Assembly (NCBI GenBank): GCA_037305845.1 | Contig: CP147778.1 | Span: forward strand, 480,001 to 544,000 | Direction of reading: 5' to 3' | DNA: 64,000 nucleotides | DNA from: Candidatus Freyarchaeum deiterrae | Lineage (GTDB): Archaea > Asgardarchaeota > Jordiarchaeia > Jordiarchaeales > Jordiarchaeaceae | Shown here: piece by piece, positions 41,098 through 50,796 of the stretch | Layout: each line of letters opens with the position of its first letter | How positions within the stretch are numbered: the first letter of the stretch is position 1 | Notes under the pieces: generated by a model | Told to the model about the DNA's origin: nothing | What the model saw: only the letters and a program-made list of their open reading frames with translations | The model's database searches: none | Made by a program: the position numbers and the translations under genes

Positions 41098-42543
41098 TTG
41101 AATTTGTCTAAAATGAAATTTACTGGAGAACGCCATTCTCGTATCCTAGATTCTCTGGAAAGAATCGTAGGGAAAAGTTTTGCCACTGATAGGATAGAGG
41201 AAATCTACTATTATTCCAGTGACGCCAGCGCTGAGGAACCATGCATCCCAGCGTTTGTGGTCATGCCTGGAACGGTTGGGGAAGTTCAAGAGATTATAAG
41301 GTTAGCCAACCACGAAAAAATTCCTGTTACTCCAAGAACGGGAGGCCTAACACTTTCCGGCTTGGCGATACCTTACGGGGGAGGCATCCTGCTGGATTTG
41401 AAAAGAATGGACAAAATAATCGAAGTGAACCCAGATTCAATGTATGCAGTGGTTGAGTGCGGCGTAACCACCGGCCAACTCAAAACCTACTTGGAGGAAA
41501 ACCACTCAGATCTTTGGTTCTGTATGCCTCACGCTCCACAGTCGGTCGGAGTGGTCTCTAATGCCATGATTTATGGGGCGGGGCAGGTTTCTCTGGGCTA
41601 CGGTGTTAGCTCGGATATGGTGAACGGATTGGAGGTAGTCCTACCGACCGGGGAGATTTTTAGGACGGGGAGTTGTGCTCTAGGTAAGTCATGGCTTACC
41701 AAGTACTACCTACCAGACTTCATCGGTCTTTTTTTAGGCTGGTTCGGAAGCACGGGCATCATCACTAAGGTTTCTATTCAACTCTGGCCAAAGCCGAATT
41801 TTCGGGAAGCCCTATTTTATAAATTATACAATGTTGATGACCTCGTTGAACTTCTTTTGAAATTAACTAAAAGCGGGGCCTGCGAAGACATTTGCGTATA
41901 TAGCTGGACAGGTACTATCAGTAAAGAACGTTTTCATTTGCCAGAGAAACCTGAGAATGTTCCAGAAATTGCTATAGATGTCATCATGAGTGGAAAGTTT
42001 CAAGAAGAGCTGGAATCAAAAAAGCAGACTGTGAGAGAGATTGCTGAGGGATTACTGAAAAATGGTTTTAGTATTGAAGAATATAGCCGTCCTCCAGAGA
42101 TAACTAAAGGCGTTTTAATGGTTCCAAGAATCTTTCCCTTTATGGACTTGACCCAGGGTGGAGGAGCGGATTACTTAGGGTGCTATATCCCCACGGAAGC
42201 GACAGTAATTGCGTATAGGAAGGGAGTGGAAATTGCTAAAAAACACGGATTCCAATACCTGCACTTCATTAGACCGCTGAAAACAGGACACCTCCTTGCT
42301 ATCATGTATATCTTTCCTTTCGACAAAAGTGACCCAAGGCAAGCAAAAGAATTGCTGAGTGCCTTGGCGGAAATTTCTCAAACATGCATGAGTCTTGGTG
42401 GTGTTGTTTGGAAACCCAGTCCCACGATTCAGGAGATTGTTTTAAAGTACGCTGATTCAGGATATATCAATCTTATAAAAAAAATAAAAACGCTACTAGA
42501 CCCAAATAAGATAATGGCTCCGAGAAAATGGGTTCAAAAATAG
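41098..42543 (+). CDS. FAD-binding oxidoreductase, close paralogue of 38296..39729
   Basis: long identical stretches such as TPRTGGLTLSGLAIPYGGGILLDLKRMDKIIEVNPDSM. Confidence 0.85.
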   Translation: MNLSKMKFTGERHSRILDSLERIVGKSFATDRIEEIYYYSSDASAEEPCIPAFVVMPGTVGEVQEIIRLANHEKIPVTPRTGGLTLSGLAIPYGGGILLDLKRMDKIIEVNPDSMYAVVECGVTTGQLKTYLEENHSDLWFCMPHAPQSVGVVSNAMIYGAGQVSLGYGVSSDMVNGLEVVLPTGEIFRTGSCALGKSWLTKYYLPDFIGLFLGWFGSTGIITKVSIQLWPKPNFREALFYKLYNVDDLVELLLKLTKSGACEDICVYSWTGTISKERFHLPEKPENVPEIAIDVIMSGKFQEELESKKQTVREIAEGLLKNGFSIEEYSRPPEITKGVLMVPRIFPFMDLTQGGGADYLGCYIPTEATVIAYRKGVEIAKKHGFQYLHFIRPLKTGHLLAIMYIFPFDKSDPRQAKELLSALAEISQTCMSLGGVVWKPSPTIQEIVLKYADSGYINLIKKIKTLLDPNKIMAPRKWVQK

Positions 42544-42614
42544 AAATGAGAGAGATGGAGTTTTTTTAGATTTTTATGAATTAAATTTTTTTAGCAGTTT
42601 GACATATGTTATGT

Positions 42615-43658
42615 CTAATCGAATTTCTTGCCTGCTCCCCCCACGGTGAGTTCTTCACCCAGAGCTAGGCGTACGAGGTTGCTTAGGATGTAGGGTTCTA
42701 AGTCTTGGGCTTTTGCTCTGCTCCTTAGGCTGAGGACACATAGTGGACATAGGAAAACCATCGCCTCGGCTCCATGCTCCTTACCGTCCATGAGGTTCTT
42801 CATTCGCCACTTTTCTACTTCTTCTTTTGTTACGTTAACCATTCCTCCTTGGGCACCGCTGCAGCAAAGGGCATACATTTTGTCATATTTTCTTTCCACC
42901 CTCTCAACGCCTATGAGTTTGAAGAGTTCGTCAAGCATTTTGTCTTTTTCGAATGTGTATCTTGAGGCACAAGGCTGCTGGTAGGCTATTTTCATGTTAA
43001 GTTTCTTTACTTGGTTCTTGTGCTTCTTAACATAATCCCGTAGATACTCTATCATGTGAACTGGTTTGAATGGCACTTTTATTCCATATTCCTTAACCTT
43101 GCTGGTCAACGTAGTGTAGCAGTCATCATGAAAACATATTACTTCCTTGGCCCCAACCTCTTTAACCACTTTTGCTAGATTGTCCACAAATTTTTGTGCG
43201 TTTTCCTTAAGCATACTAGGTTTTCCCAAATGTATCCAACCGAGGTAGCAGAAGTAGTCTCCACCCTTGGTAAGGGTTAATCCATCAAAGAGTTGCCCTT
43301 CAACAACTCCAGGCAAGAAATCTCCGACGGTGCAAAGATTCATGACCGGCTTTCCGGGCTCACCCTTTACGACCGCATATGGCAATTGTGAGGCCATGTT
43401 CATCATGCCGAGCGATTGATCAGTGACTTTAAATGTTCCGGTTTCTTCCTGCCTTTGGTTAATTAAGTCGAATGGATTGGCTCCTTCAGGACAGTACATA
43501 TTACAGGCGGCACATGTGATACACTCAGCGGTTACTGAGGTGGGTTCACTATCAATTAATTTTTTAAATTCTGCCTTAGCCTTTTCCTCGGGGTAAGCTA
43601 AATAGGCACATTTCATCAGACACTCTCCACAAAGAGTGCATTTTTCTTCATCAAACAT
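42615..43658 (-). CDS. Fe-S binding protein with ferredoxin and CCG domains
   Basis: CTLCGEC, CITCAACNMYCP, YQQPC, LCCSG, CPLC. Confidence 0.85.
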   Translation of the reverse strand: MFDEEKCTLCGECLMKCAYLAYPEEKAKAEFKKLIDSEPTSVTAECITCAACNMYCPEGANPFDLINQRQEETGTFKVTDQSLGMMNMASQLPYAVVKGEPGKPVMNLCTVGDFLPGVVEGQLFDGLTLTKGGDYFCYLGWIHLGKPSMLKENAQKFVDNLAKVVKEVGAKEVICFHDDCYTTLTSKVKEYGIKVPFKPVHMIEYLRDYVKKHKNQVKKLNMKIAYQQPCASRYTFEKDKMLDELFKLIGVERVERKYDKMYALCCSGAQGGMVNVTKEEVEKWRMKNLMDGKEHGAEAMVFLCPLCVLSLRSRAKAQDLEPYILSNLVRLALGEELTVGGAGKKFD

Positions 43659-43830
43659 TATTGTTCATCCTCTTCAGGTTCAAGATATAATTATCGTTAA
43701 GTTACATTTCTTTAAATACCTTTTTAAATTTTACAAAAGGGTAGAAGTTAAAAGTTGTAGAACACTTTGAATTGCTTCATACTTCAAGGCTAACAAAAAA
43801 TGAATTTATGGGATTAAAATTTTAAGAGCT

Positions 43831-44703
43831 CTAAATGTCTTTCGAATCTCCTTCTAGAGCAGAAGCTAGGGCTTCACTATAATTTATTCGTCTAATAGCC
43901 TCTTTTAGTGGTTGGTCATAAAATTTTTTAGCCTCAGTTAGACTTCTCCTACCGAACCATGATTCGGCTTTAACATTAGGGTCGAGCTTAGCTACTAATA
44001 TGTGCTCCTTATCTAGAGGGGCTTCAGCGATGTTTTCTCCTAAAGGTGAGAAAATGGTACTATGGCCGGGTAGTTTTCCAACTTTTGGGTGATACGCGAT
44101 GGGGTTGATCTGGACTATGAAGAAGCAGTTTTCTATGGCTCTAACCCAGGCGAATTCATGGAACATCTGGAGTGATCTTTCATTAGCCAGTGTTGGGTGG
44201 AAAATAATCTCTGCGTCTCTGAACTTGAGCATTCTCGGGATTTCGGCTAGCATAATGTCTCCACAGATTATACACCCAATTCTCCCCATTTCGGTCTGCA
44301 CGACTGGATACTTCCCCTCAAGTTCATAATGTCCAGGGTAATACCAAGCCCGACTGAAGTCGACAACCTCACCTCCGGGCGAGGCAATTATTCCCGCGTT
44401 GTAAATCTTGTCGCCCTTCCTTGCTGGGATACTACCGGCAACAAGCCACACCTTCAACTCTTCAGCCTTCTCAATAACTCTCTGATAGGTAGGGCCGTTC
44501 AGTGGTTCAACAACATCCACTGGCATCTTGTTCTCAAGCCAGGAGCCCACATTGAAAAACTCGGGCAGACCGACAATTTCGGCTCCCATATCCACTGCTT
44601 TCTCAACCATTTCCAAGGCATGGGAAACATTCTCATCCACATCAGACCTAGTGAATGCATCTTTAAGCTTCATCTGTACCGCGGCAACAGTGACCTCTCT
44701 CAT
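43831..44703 (-). CDS. carbon-nitrogen hydrolase (nitrilase superfamily)
   Basis: VAAVQ, GLPEFF, IYN, IICGD, RAIEN, GHSTIFSPLG. Confidence 0.85.
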   Translation of the reverse strand: MREVTVAAVQMKLKDAFTRSDVDENVSHALEMVEKAVDMGAEIVGLPEFFNVGSWLENKMPVDVVEPLNGPTYQRVIEKAEELKVWLVAGSIPARKGDKIYNAGIIASPGGEVVDFSRAWYYPGHYELEGKYPVVQTEMGRIGCIICGDIMLAEIPRMLKFRDAEIIFHPTLANERSLQMFHEFAWVRAIENCFFIVQINPIAYHPKVGKLPGHSTIFSPLGENIAEAPLDKEHILVAKLDPNVKAESWFGRRSLTEAKKFYDQPLKEAIRRINYSEALASALEGDSKDI

Positions 44704-44816
44704 ACGGACACCTTCTATTAACTAAAAACGAATCCATCGAAAGAATATAATTTTTGCGAAAAGAACATATATTTGTAAATCAAGATTCTATGAAAAAGGT
44801 GTTGGAGAGGGATAAA

Positions 44817-45536
44817 ATGATTTCTATCAGAAAACCTGAGAGCATTTACCAGTCTAAAGGAGACATCGAGAATGGAACTTTCCGTGGTCGCTGGCATTTT
44901 TCCTTTGACCAATACTATGATCCCAAATTTGTACATTTTGGCACCCTGCGAGTCTTTAATGACGACACCCTCTCACCCGGTGCCGTCTGGCCCCTACACC
45001 CTCATCGCGACAATGAAGTAGTGACTTACTGTGCTGAGGGTGAGTTCCGCCACGCCGATGAACACGGAAAGGGTGGCATTCTTAAAAAGGGCTGGGTTCA
45101 GCACACAACAGTTGGAAAAGGCATGTGGCACTCGGAGATCAACAATCTACCGGATTCGCCCATGAGATTCATTCAGATGTGGTTCATTCCCTCATTTAGG
45201 GGCCTAGAGCCTTCTGTTGAGCAGAAGAAAGTGTTGAAAGAGGAGCGAACCAACAAGCTTCTGCCCCTAGTTTCTAACAATTATCCAGAAGCTCTCAAAA
45301 TAAAATCCGATGCTGAAGTATATTCCTGCTTCTTAGAGACTGGGAAAACAGTGAGCCACACGATTAAACCCGGCAGAGGTTGCTACCTTTATATCCTTGA
45401 AGAGGGATCGGTGAAAGTTAATGATAATAAGGTTCCCACCCTTGGTGCGGCAATGATTACCGATGAGGCGTCTTTCAATGTTACAGCGGATAGGGATGCT
45501 GAGTTTCTCTTGGTGGATGTTCTGCTTGTTAAATAA
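44817..45536 (+). CDS. pirin family protein
   Basis: HFSF..YYDP, LRVFNDD, HPHRDNE, GMWHSE, QMW. Confidence 0.9.
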   Translation: MISIRKPESIYQSKGDIENGTFRGRWHFSFDQYYDPKFVHFGTLRVFNDDTLSPGAVWPLHPHRDNEVVTYCAEGEFRHADEHGKGGILKKGWVQHTTVGKGMWHSEINNLPDSPMRFIQMWFIPSFRGLEPSVEQKKVLKEERTNKLLPLVSNNYPEALKIKSDAEVYSCFLETGKTVSHTIKPGRGCYLYILEEGSVKVNDNKVPTLGAAMITDEASFNVTADRDAEFLLVDVLLVK

Positions 45537-45642
45537 ACAATGCTAAACTAAATTTTAAAGTAAGGAAAGATGAGAGTATAGTACTAATTTATATATTTAT
45601 GAACCAAATAACATTTTTTTAAAGGTTTTAGGAGAGAGTGTT

Positions 45643-46518
45643 GTGGGTCATAAAATCGAGGTTGGAAAAATTCTTAATGACACTTACCAAATTGATGGAT
45701 ACTATTTTAACAATCCTCAGCTTATGTCGCTATATGTGGTGAAAGGAAATAAAACCGCTCTAATTGATAGTGGAACCAGCCAGTCTGTGGGAAAGGTCGT
45801 CGAATCACTGAAACAGCTAGGCCTATTGCCTATTGACTACATAATAATAACGCATGAGCACGCGGATCACATTCAGGGAGCTGCCCCTCTCGTTAAGGTC
45901 TTGGGAAAAAAGGTTAAGGTCTGCGCATCGAAGGCAGCTCAACCCATGATTGAGGATCCGAGCAAAATCGGGTTCGACTTCGGAATGGGGCCGATAGAGC
46001 CGGTGAAAAACGTCACGCCCCTTGATGAGGGTGATGCTGTGGACCTTGGCGGGGTTGAGCTTGAGGTAATGAGCATTCCTGGCCACAGTCCTGGCCACAT
46101 AGCTCTGTATGATAAATCGAACAGAAATATTTTCGTAGGGGACTCCATAGGGTACAAAATTGATGAAAACACGTTTCTAGCTCCCATTATTCCACCTTGG
46201 TTTAACAAGGAGCAATTCTACGCGTCTCTGGACAAACTAAAGAAGGTAAAATTCGACAGCATATGTGTGGGTCACTACGGCCTCTGGGATGGTTCCGATG
46301 CAAAGAAAATACTAGACGAAGCAAAAACGGTGTTCGACAATTATTGGAACTTCTTCGAGGAGAATATAGACAAGCTGGATGATGTCGGCTATCTAAGTAA
46401 GTCGATAATCCAAAAATATCTATCCAAATCGAAGGAAAGGGAGAGACCTGGAAAATCCCTCATCATGCTACTAGTCGGGATGCGAGAAGGCTTCAAATAC
46501 GCTAACAAACTTAAATAA
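45643..46518 (+). CDS. MBL-fold metallo-hydrolase
   Basis: THEHADH, PGHSPGH, FVGD, GH. Confidence 0.9.
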   Translation: MGHKIEVGKILNDTYQIDGYYFNNPQLMSLYVVKGNKTALIDSGTSQSVGKVVESLKQLGLLPIDYIIITHEHADHIQGAAPLVKVLGKKVKVCASKAAQPMIEDPSKIGFDFGMGPIEPVKNVTPLDEGDAVDLGGVELEVMSIPGHSPGHIALYDKSNRNIFVGDSIGYKIDENTFLAPIIPPWFNKEQFYASLDKLKKVKFDSICVGHYGLWDGSDAKKILDEAKTVFDNYWNFFEENIDKLDDVGYLSKSIIQKYLSKSKERERPGKSLIMLLVGMREGFKYANKLK

Positions 46519-46674
46519 TTGAAAGACACCACACCAACTTCCACAACACTTTTTTCCCTATTAGTTTCACTATAAACTGACACTGTCTGGCATAAGTTCC
46601 TTCATGTGGAAAACGTGGAGGCAGGAGTAATGCTTGTCGGGAGTGGGCGGTTATGTTTGGCTTAAAATGTTGAG

Positions 46675-47094
46675 GTGGTTCAATTGTCTGAAGAGAATGT
46701 AAAAGATATGGACTCTTACCTGAAGGAGGTTAACGCAGCTCCTTTCGCCAAGTTTATGGGTTTTAGGATTGTTGAAATGTCTGAAGGCTATGTGAGAGGA
46801 GAGATGGTGACTAGTAAGAATATGGTTAACCAGGTGGGTGGGGTTCATGGGGGGGCTATAATGGCTTTTGCCGACTATTTATTCGGAGTTGTTGCGAACA
46901 TGTTTGAAAAACCCGCGGTTGCGGTAGACATAGGTATAAGCTTCTTCGCTCCCGTAACTCTTGGTGTGAAACTCCTCGGGGTGGGAAAAGTTTTGCGTAA
47001 GGGAAGGCGCATAGTAAATGTGGAGTTAACTGTAGAAGATGAAAAGAATAGAACTGTTGCAAAGGCACTAGCGACAGCTCTGGTCGTAGAATAA
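46675..47094 (+). CDS. PaaI family hotdog thioesterase
   Basis: N..GGVHGGAIMAFAD. Confidence 0.9.
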   Translation: MVQLSEENVKDMDSYLKEVNAAPFAKFMGFRIVEMSEGYVRGEMVTSKNMVNQVGGVHGGAIMAFADYLFGVVANMFEKPAVAVDIGISFFAPVTLGVKLLGVGKVLRKGRRIVNVELTVEDEKNRTVAKALATALVVE

Positions 47095-47430
47095 AATAGG
47101 GATTCAGCGAAGCAACCAGTGAATTTTTGAGCTCTACCTTTTGTTATCGTTTAGTTTGATATTGACTTGGATTTTACAAGTTGGGGAACCCTTTTATTAA
47201 ATTATTGCGCGACTTCCATTACTTCGTATAATTTATAGTAGAATTTGTTTAAAAAATAATAAAATATATCAATTAATTTTATTAAATAATTAGGTAGTAA
47301 TTATAATAGTGGAAAGCTAAGAAAAAATAGTAGTGGGGCTTTTTAAGCAAACCGGACAACAATTGGTAGATTATACGGTTGAAAACTTATGGGTTTCCGA
47401 AATTGAACCATCTATTCTGGAGGCAGTAAA

Positions 47431-47937
47431 ATGGTACGTCAGCAACTGGTCGAAAAATTGATGGATGATGTTGAAAGAAACAAGGGTAAATGGGACTCTA
47501 ATGGATTAGCAATTATTAATATTGAAAACGCAGTAATGGGGATAAGGGGTAAAGTACCAGACGAATACATAGAATACTATACGAAATTTCCAATATCTCA
47601 GATGCATGAAGGGGACAGCATAAACAATGGGAACAGTTTCCTCATGAGGATCACAGAAAAAACAGCGGTGATAGTAGTATTAAAGGAAGAACACATAGCT
47701 AGACTGTCTGCAATAAATCTGCGGGGGAGAATAGCCGCCCTCAATGACTTTTATCTGTTAGACCTAGACGAGAAGCATAGTGAAAAAATACTCGCAGAAA
47801 ACAACATGGATCAGTCTTGCTCAATTCTGGACGACGTAATTAACAAAATCAGAACCTGTGAAATAGCAGCAGATGTGGCGATAAACCAGTGGCTGAACGG
47901 CTTCATAAGCAAAGTCAGAACCAACAACCAACTATAG
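47431..47937 (+). CDS. hypothetical protein, possible roadblock/profilin-like N-terminal fold
   Basis: GGAGG SD; helix-strand-strand-helix-strands-helix hydrophobic pattern. Confidence 0.55.
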   Translation: MVRQQLVEKLMDDVERNKGKWDSNGLAIINIENAVMGIRGKVPDEYIEYYTKFPISQMHEGDSINNGNSFLMRITEKTAVIVVLKEEHIARLSAINLRGRIAALNDFYLLDLDEKHSEKILAENNMDQSCSILDDVINKIRTCEIAADVAINQWLNGFISKVRTNNQL

Positions 47938-47990
47938 GCGCCGCAACTCTAGAACTTTTAATGAATCTACTCTCTTTTTGTTTTGCGCTT

Positions 47991-48605
47991 TCATCCTATA
48001 AATAATCCCTCAATACGGACTACTTTTCCGTCCTTAGTATTGTTAATGAAGTTTATCAAACCCGAATGTCTCCACTGCAGCATACATCTATGGGGTAAGA
48101 ACCAATATCTCATACCTATTTTGAGTTCAGTTCTCGCATCAAAAACAATACCTTCATAAGCTTCAGCCATATAATAACCCAAATCTTTAAAGCCCTTTGA
48201 TCTCGGGCCAAGCGGTCCGGTTACGCACCAAACAATCACTCCGGTTTTTTTATCAACATCCTTCACAATCCCGCAATGAGTTATGGGACACCCGCAGGAC
48301 ATCCCGAGTGGTCTACCTATCAGTATGTCATCCTTTTCTATTTCCAATTCTCTCGTTAGCATAGGATTATGAGGGAGAATGGTTTCCCTTGGCCCTTGGT
48401 CGCCTTTTAATACGTCAAGAATAAAGTCGTATTCTCGGCCTAAGGTGTCTTTCCATGTGCCTCCCTCATAGGTTGTACGACTTGCGTTTTGTAAATGGAT
48501 ACATCTTTTAATTTCATCTGGATTTTCTTCTATCTCCTCTTGAAAAGCTGCACAACTCTTACATCCACAATCACCACAGTTCAATCCCGGCAATTGAGTA
48601 TTCAT
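47991..48605 (-). CDS. (Fe-S)-binding protein with N-terminal RnfB-like FeS domain
   Basis: LPGLNCGDCGCKSC...C; GCPITHC; RCMLQWRHSG. Confidence 0.8.
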   Translation of the reverse strand: MNTQLPGLNCGDCGCKSCAAFQEEIEENPDEIKRCIHLQNASRTTYEGGTWKDTLGREYDFILDVLKGDQGPRETILPHNPMLTRELEIEKDDILIGRPLGMSCGCPITHCGIVKDVDKKTGVIVWCVTGPLGPRSKGFKDLGYYMAEAYEGIVFDARTELKIGMRYWFLPHRCMLQWRHSGLINFINNTKDGKVVRIEGLFIG

Positions 48606-48609
48606 CTAT

Positions 48610-49311
48610 TTATTCACCTCTATAAAATAGGTCGTTTTCTAACGGCCTTACTACGCCAAAATGTTCTTTCCACCCAATCTCCTTTTTCCCCACACAAATT
48701 GTGCAGGTCCCTACGGGTGGATTACCACGAAGATATAGTGGGAAGGATATATCTTTAGCTTCTTTTATTTTTTTAACAAGTCCACCCAAGCCTATGCCAT
48801 GCAAAGCGTCGGTTTCTATTATCACAACTTGCTTGGTTACACTCATTATTCTTGCCCTGAAAACCTCTCTTTCCGCCTGAGAGACTAGGTCGATTTTTGT
48901 GACAACAGCCACATCGGCTAGTGATAGCATAGGGCCGATTTTTCGGGGTAGATTCATTCCGCTGGTTTCTTCCAAAACTATTATGCCTAAACATCCATCT
49001 ACATAGGGGGAACATCTAAGGCACAGTCCAGCCGTCTCAACTATCAAGTAATTAACACTCTCTTTTTGTGCCCACTCTATTGCATCCCCCAGAACCATAA
49101 CGTTGCAATGGTCAGGGCATAGCTCTCCTGAGTACACTTTTTTTGTGGGTATTCCAAATTCTTTTTTGAATAGCTCGTCTTCCTCAGCGTATTGTACATC
49201 TATCTTAACATACGCCATCGTTTTCCCGGCATCGAGTAATTGCCTAATAACCTGCTTCAGGACAGTAGTCTTACCACTGGTAGGTGGACCGGCACATATT
49301 ATTAGCTTCGT
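48610..49311 (-). CDS. HypB/UreG-like (G3E) GTP-binding protein; true start appears to be ACG at 49311
   Basis: frame extends 31 codons upstream of the listed ATG and contains the P-loop KLIICAGPPTSGKTT; CPDH, ETAGLCLRC, TKID. Confidence 0.8.
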   Translation of the reverse strand, partial: TKLIICAGPPTSGKTTVLKQVIRQLLDAGKTMAYVKIDVQYAEEDELFKKEFGIPTKKVYSGELCPDHCNVMVLGDAIEWAQKESVNYLIVETAGLCLRCSPYVDGCLGIIVLEETSGMNLPRKIGPMLSLADVAVVTKIDLVSQAEREVFRARIMSVTKQVVIIETDALHGIGLGGLVKKIKEAKDISFPLYLRGNPPVGTCTICVGKKEIGWKEHFGVVRPLENDLFYRGE

Positions 49312-50103
49312 CTAAATACCTCCATTGAGTATTATGTCTTTTTCTGATATGACTTCTCCCAATCTTATCTTTCTCCTGCATTCGGCGTAAATATCATCTA
49401 ATTTCTTAATTTTTTCAGCAGCCTTTTTTTCCTCATCATCAGTGTAGATCACTTTCTGCATCGCCCCACCTTTCATCACAATCCTGAAATCTGACAGTAA
49501 TGCTATCCGTGGGTCGTGAGTTACAAACACGAATAGCTTACGATATTTTCTCAGTAATTCCAGAGCTTTCGTTCGATGTATTCCCGCATTTTCAATTTCA
49601 TCTAATAGGACAATTGGGGCGTTCCCGATTATTACTGCGTCTGCAATTAGTAATGCTCTGGTCTGTCCACCCGATAATTCGGTCATAGCAGAGCTTTGTA
49701 TGACAGGTTCACCGGTCAATAGGTTTGCAAATTCGAGAGTTTCTTGGATCACTTTTTCGATATCATCGCCGCTCTGCCTTATTGTAGCGTGGGTATTTAA
49801 AAATTCATCAACTGGTAAATCTGATAGAAAATTAGTGTGCTGAGTAATCAGTGCGATTGGATTTTTTGATGGGTCGAAAATTCCATCATCAGACTGAGTT
49901 TCGCCGTCTATAAGAATTTTTCTTCGTGATGGAGTGTTTAGGTTAGCGAACATTTCAATATCTTTAATTAAGGTTGTTTTACCGCATCCTGTGGGACCAA
50001 CGATACTAACAATGTTCCCCATTTTAAGTTCGACTCGGTCAACATTTTCCTTGGTACCATCACGACCAAATCCACCGATAATCGTTATACTATTCCCGTT
50101 CAT
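49312..50103 (-). CDS. stand-alone ABC-type ATPase
   Basis: GPTGCGKTT, LSGGQ, LLDE, VTHD; no permease nearby. Confidence 0.85.
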   Translation of the reverse strand: MNGNSITIIGGFGRDGTKENVDRVELKMGNIVSIVGPTGCGKTTLIKDIEMFANLNTPSRRKILIDGETQSDDGIFDPSKNPIALITQHTNFLSDLPVDEFLNTHATIRQSGDDIEKVIQETLEFANLLTGEPVIQSSAMTELSGGQTRALLIADAVIIGNAPIVLLDEIENAGIHRTKALELLRKYRKLFVFVTHDPRIALLSDFRIVMKGGAMQKVIYTDDEEKKAAEKIKKLDDIYAECRRKIRLGEVISEKDIILNGGI

Positions 50104-50180
50104 AGTAATCAGCACTTGTGAATTAATAACTACGATAATCGCCTAGCAATTTTTCAAAATTAACAAAAATATTTCCTACC

Positions 50181-50326
50181 AACGCCTTTGGCGATGTTTC
50201 CCAAGCCTGCGGTAGGCCATCGTTGATTTTTAGAGCGGTGAGTTCGTTTGCTTGTTTTTGGAGCCTTACTTTTTCGTGTTCCGCTATTTCCTGGTTTACG
50301 AATTTTCCACTGTGAGGCTTCTGCAT
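50181..50326 (-). pseudogene. sat: frameshifted 5' remnant of sulfate adenylyltransferase
   Basis: MQKPHSGKFVN matches the Sat N-terminus (PHGGKLVN); a shifted frame continues LGNIAKGV (cf. LENIAxG), then similarity ends. Confidence 0.6.
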
Positions 50327-50359
50327 ATTTAAAATCGTCTCTTGGTAGTTGTGTCTTGC

Positions 50360-50587
50360 TCAGCCTAGGTATCCTAGGGCTCTGAGTCTTTGTTTCACTC
50401 TCTCCTCGTCTTCTTTGCTGAAAGGCTCTCCCTCTTCCTGGTCTTCTTCCGCTACAACTTCGCGGAGCACGTATGTGACGTAGCTTGAGACCGAGGTGAA
50501 GCCGGTGTCTTTGATTCTCTCCTGTACCTTTTTGAACAGCGGTGTGGGTATGGAAACCGTTGTGAACTTTTTATCCTTTTCAGACAT
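50360..50587 (-). CDS. CopG/ribbon-helix-helix protein
   Basis: TTVSIP..L, GFTSVSSYVTYVLRE, C-terminal RLRALGYL. Confidence 0.85.
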   Translation of the reverse strand: MSEKDKKFTTVSIPTPLFKKVQERIKDTGFTSVSSYVTYVLREVVAEEDQEEGEPFSKEDEERVKQRLRALGYLG

Positions 50588-50796
50588 TTAAATCACCGTT
50601 AATTACCCGTAATTACCTGTAATTATCTATAATTAGCTTAGCAACTTATAAATTTTTCATCCAAAAACTATAAACATGATTAAAAAATATGGATTATTTA
50701 AAGGAGAATATAAAATTTTATTTAATGAAATTAGAAAGAATCTTGCTTTATATAGTAGAAGCTTTATGATTTAGAGTGTTTGAGGTGAGAACCTTT

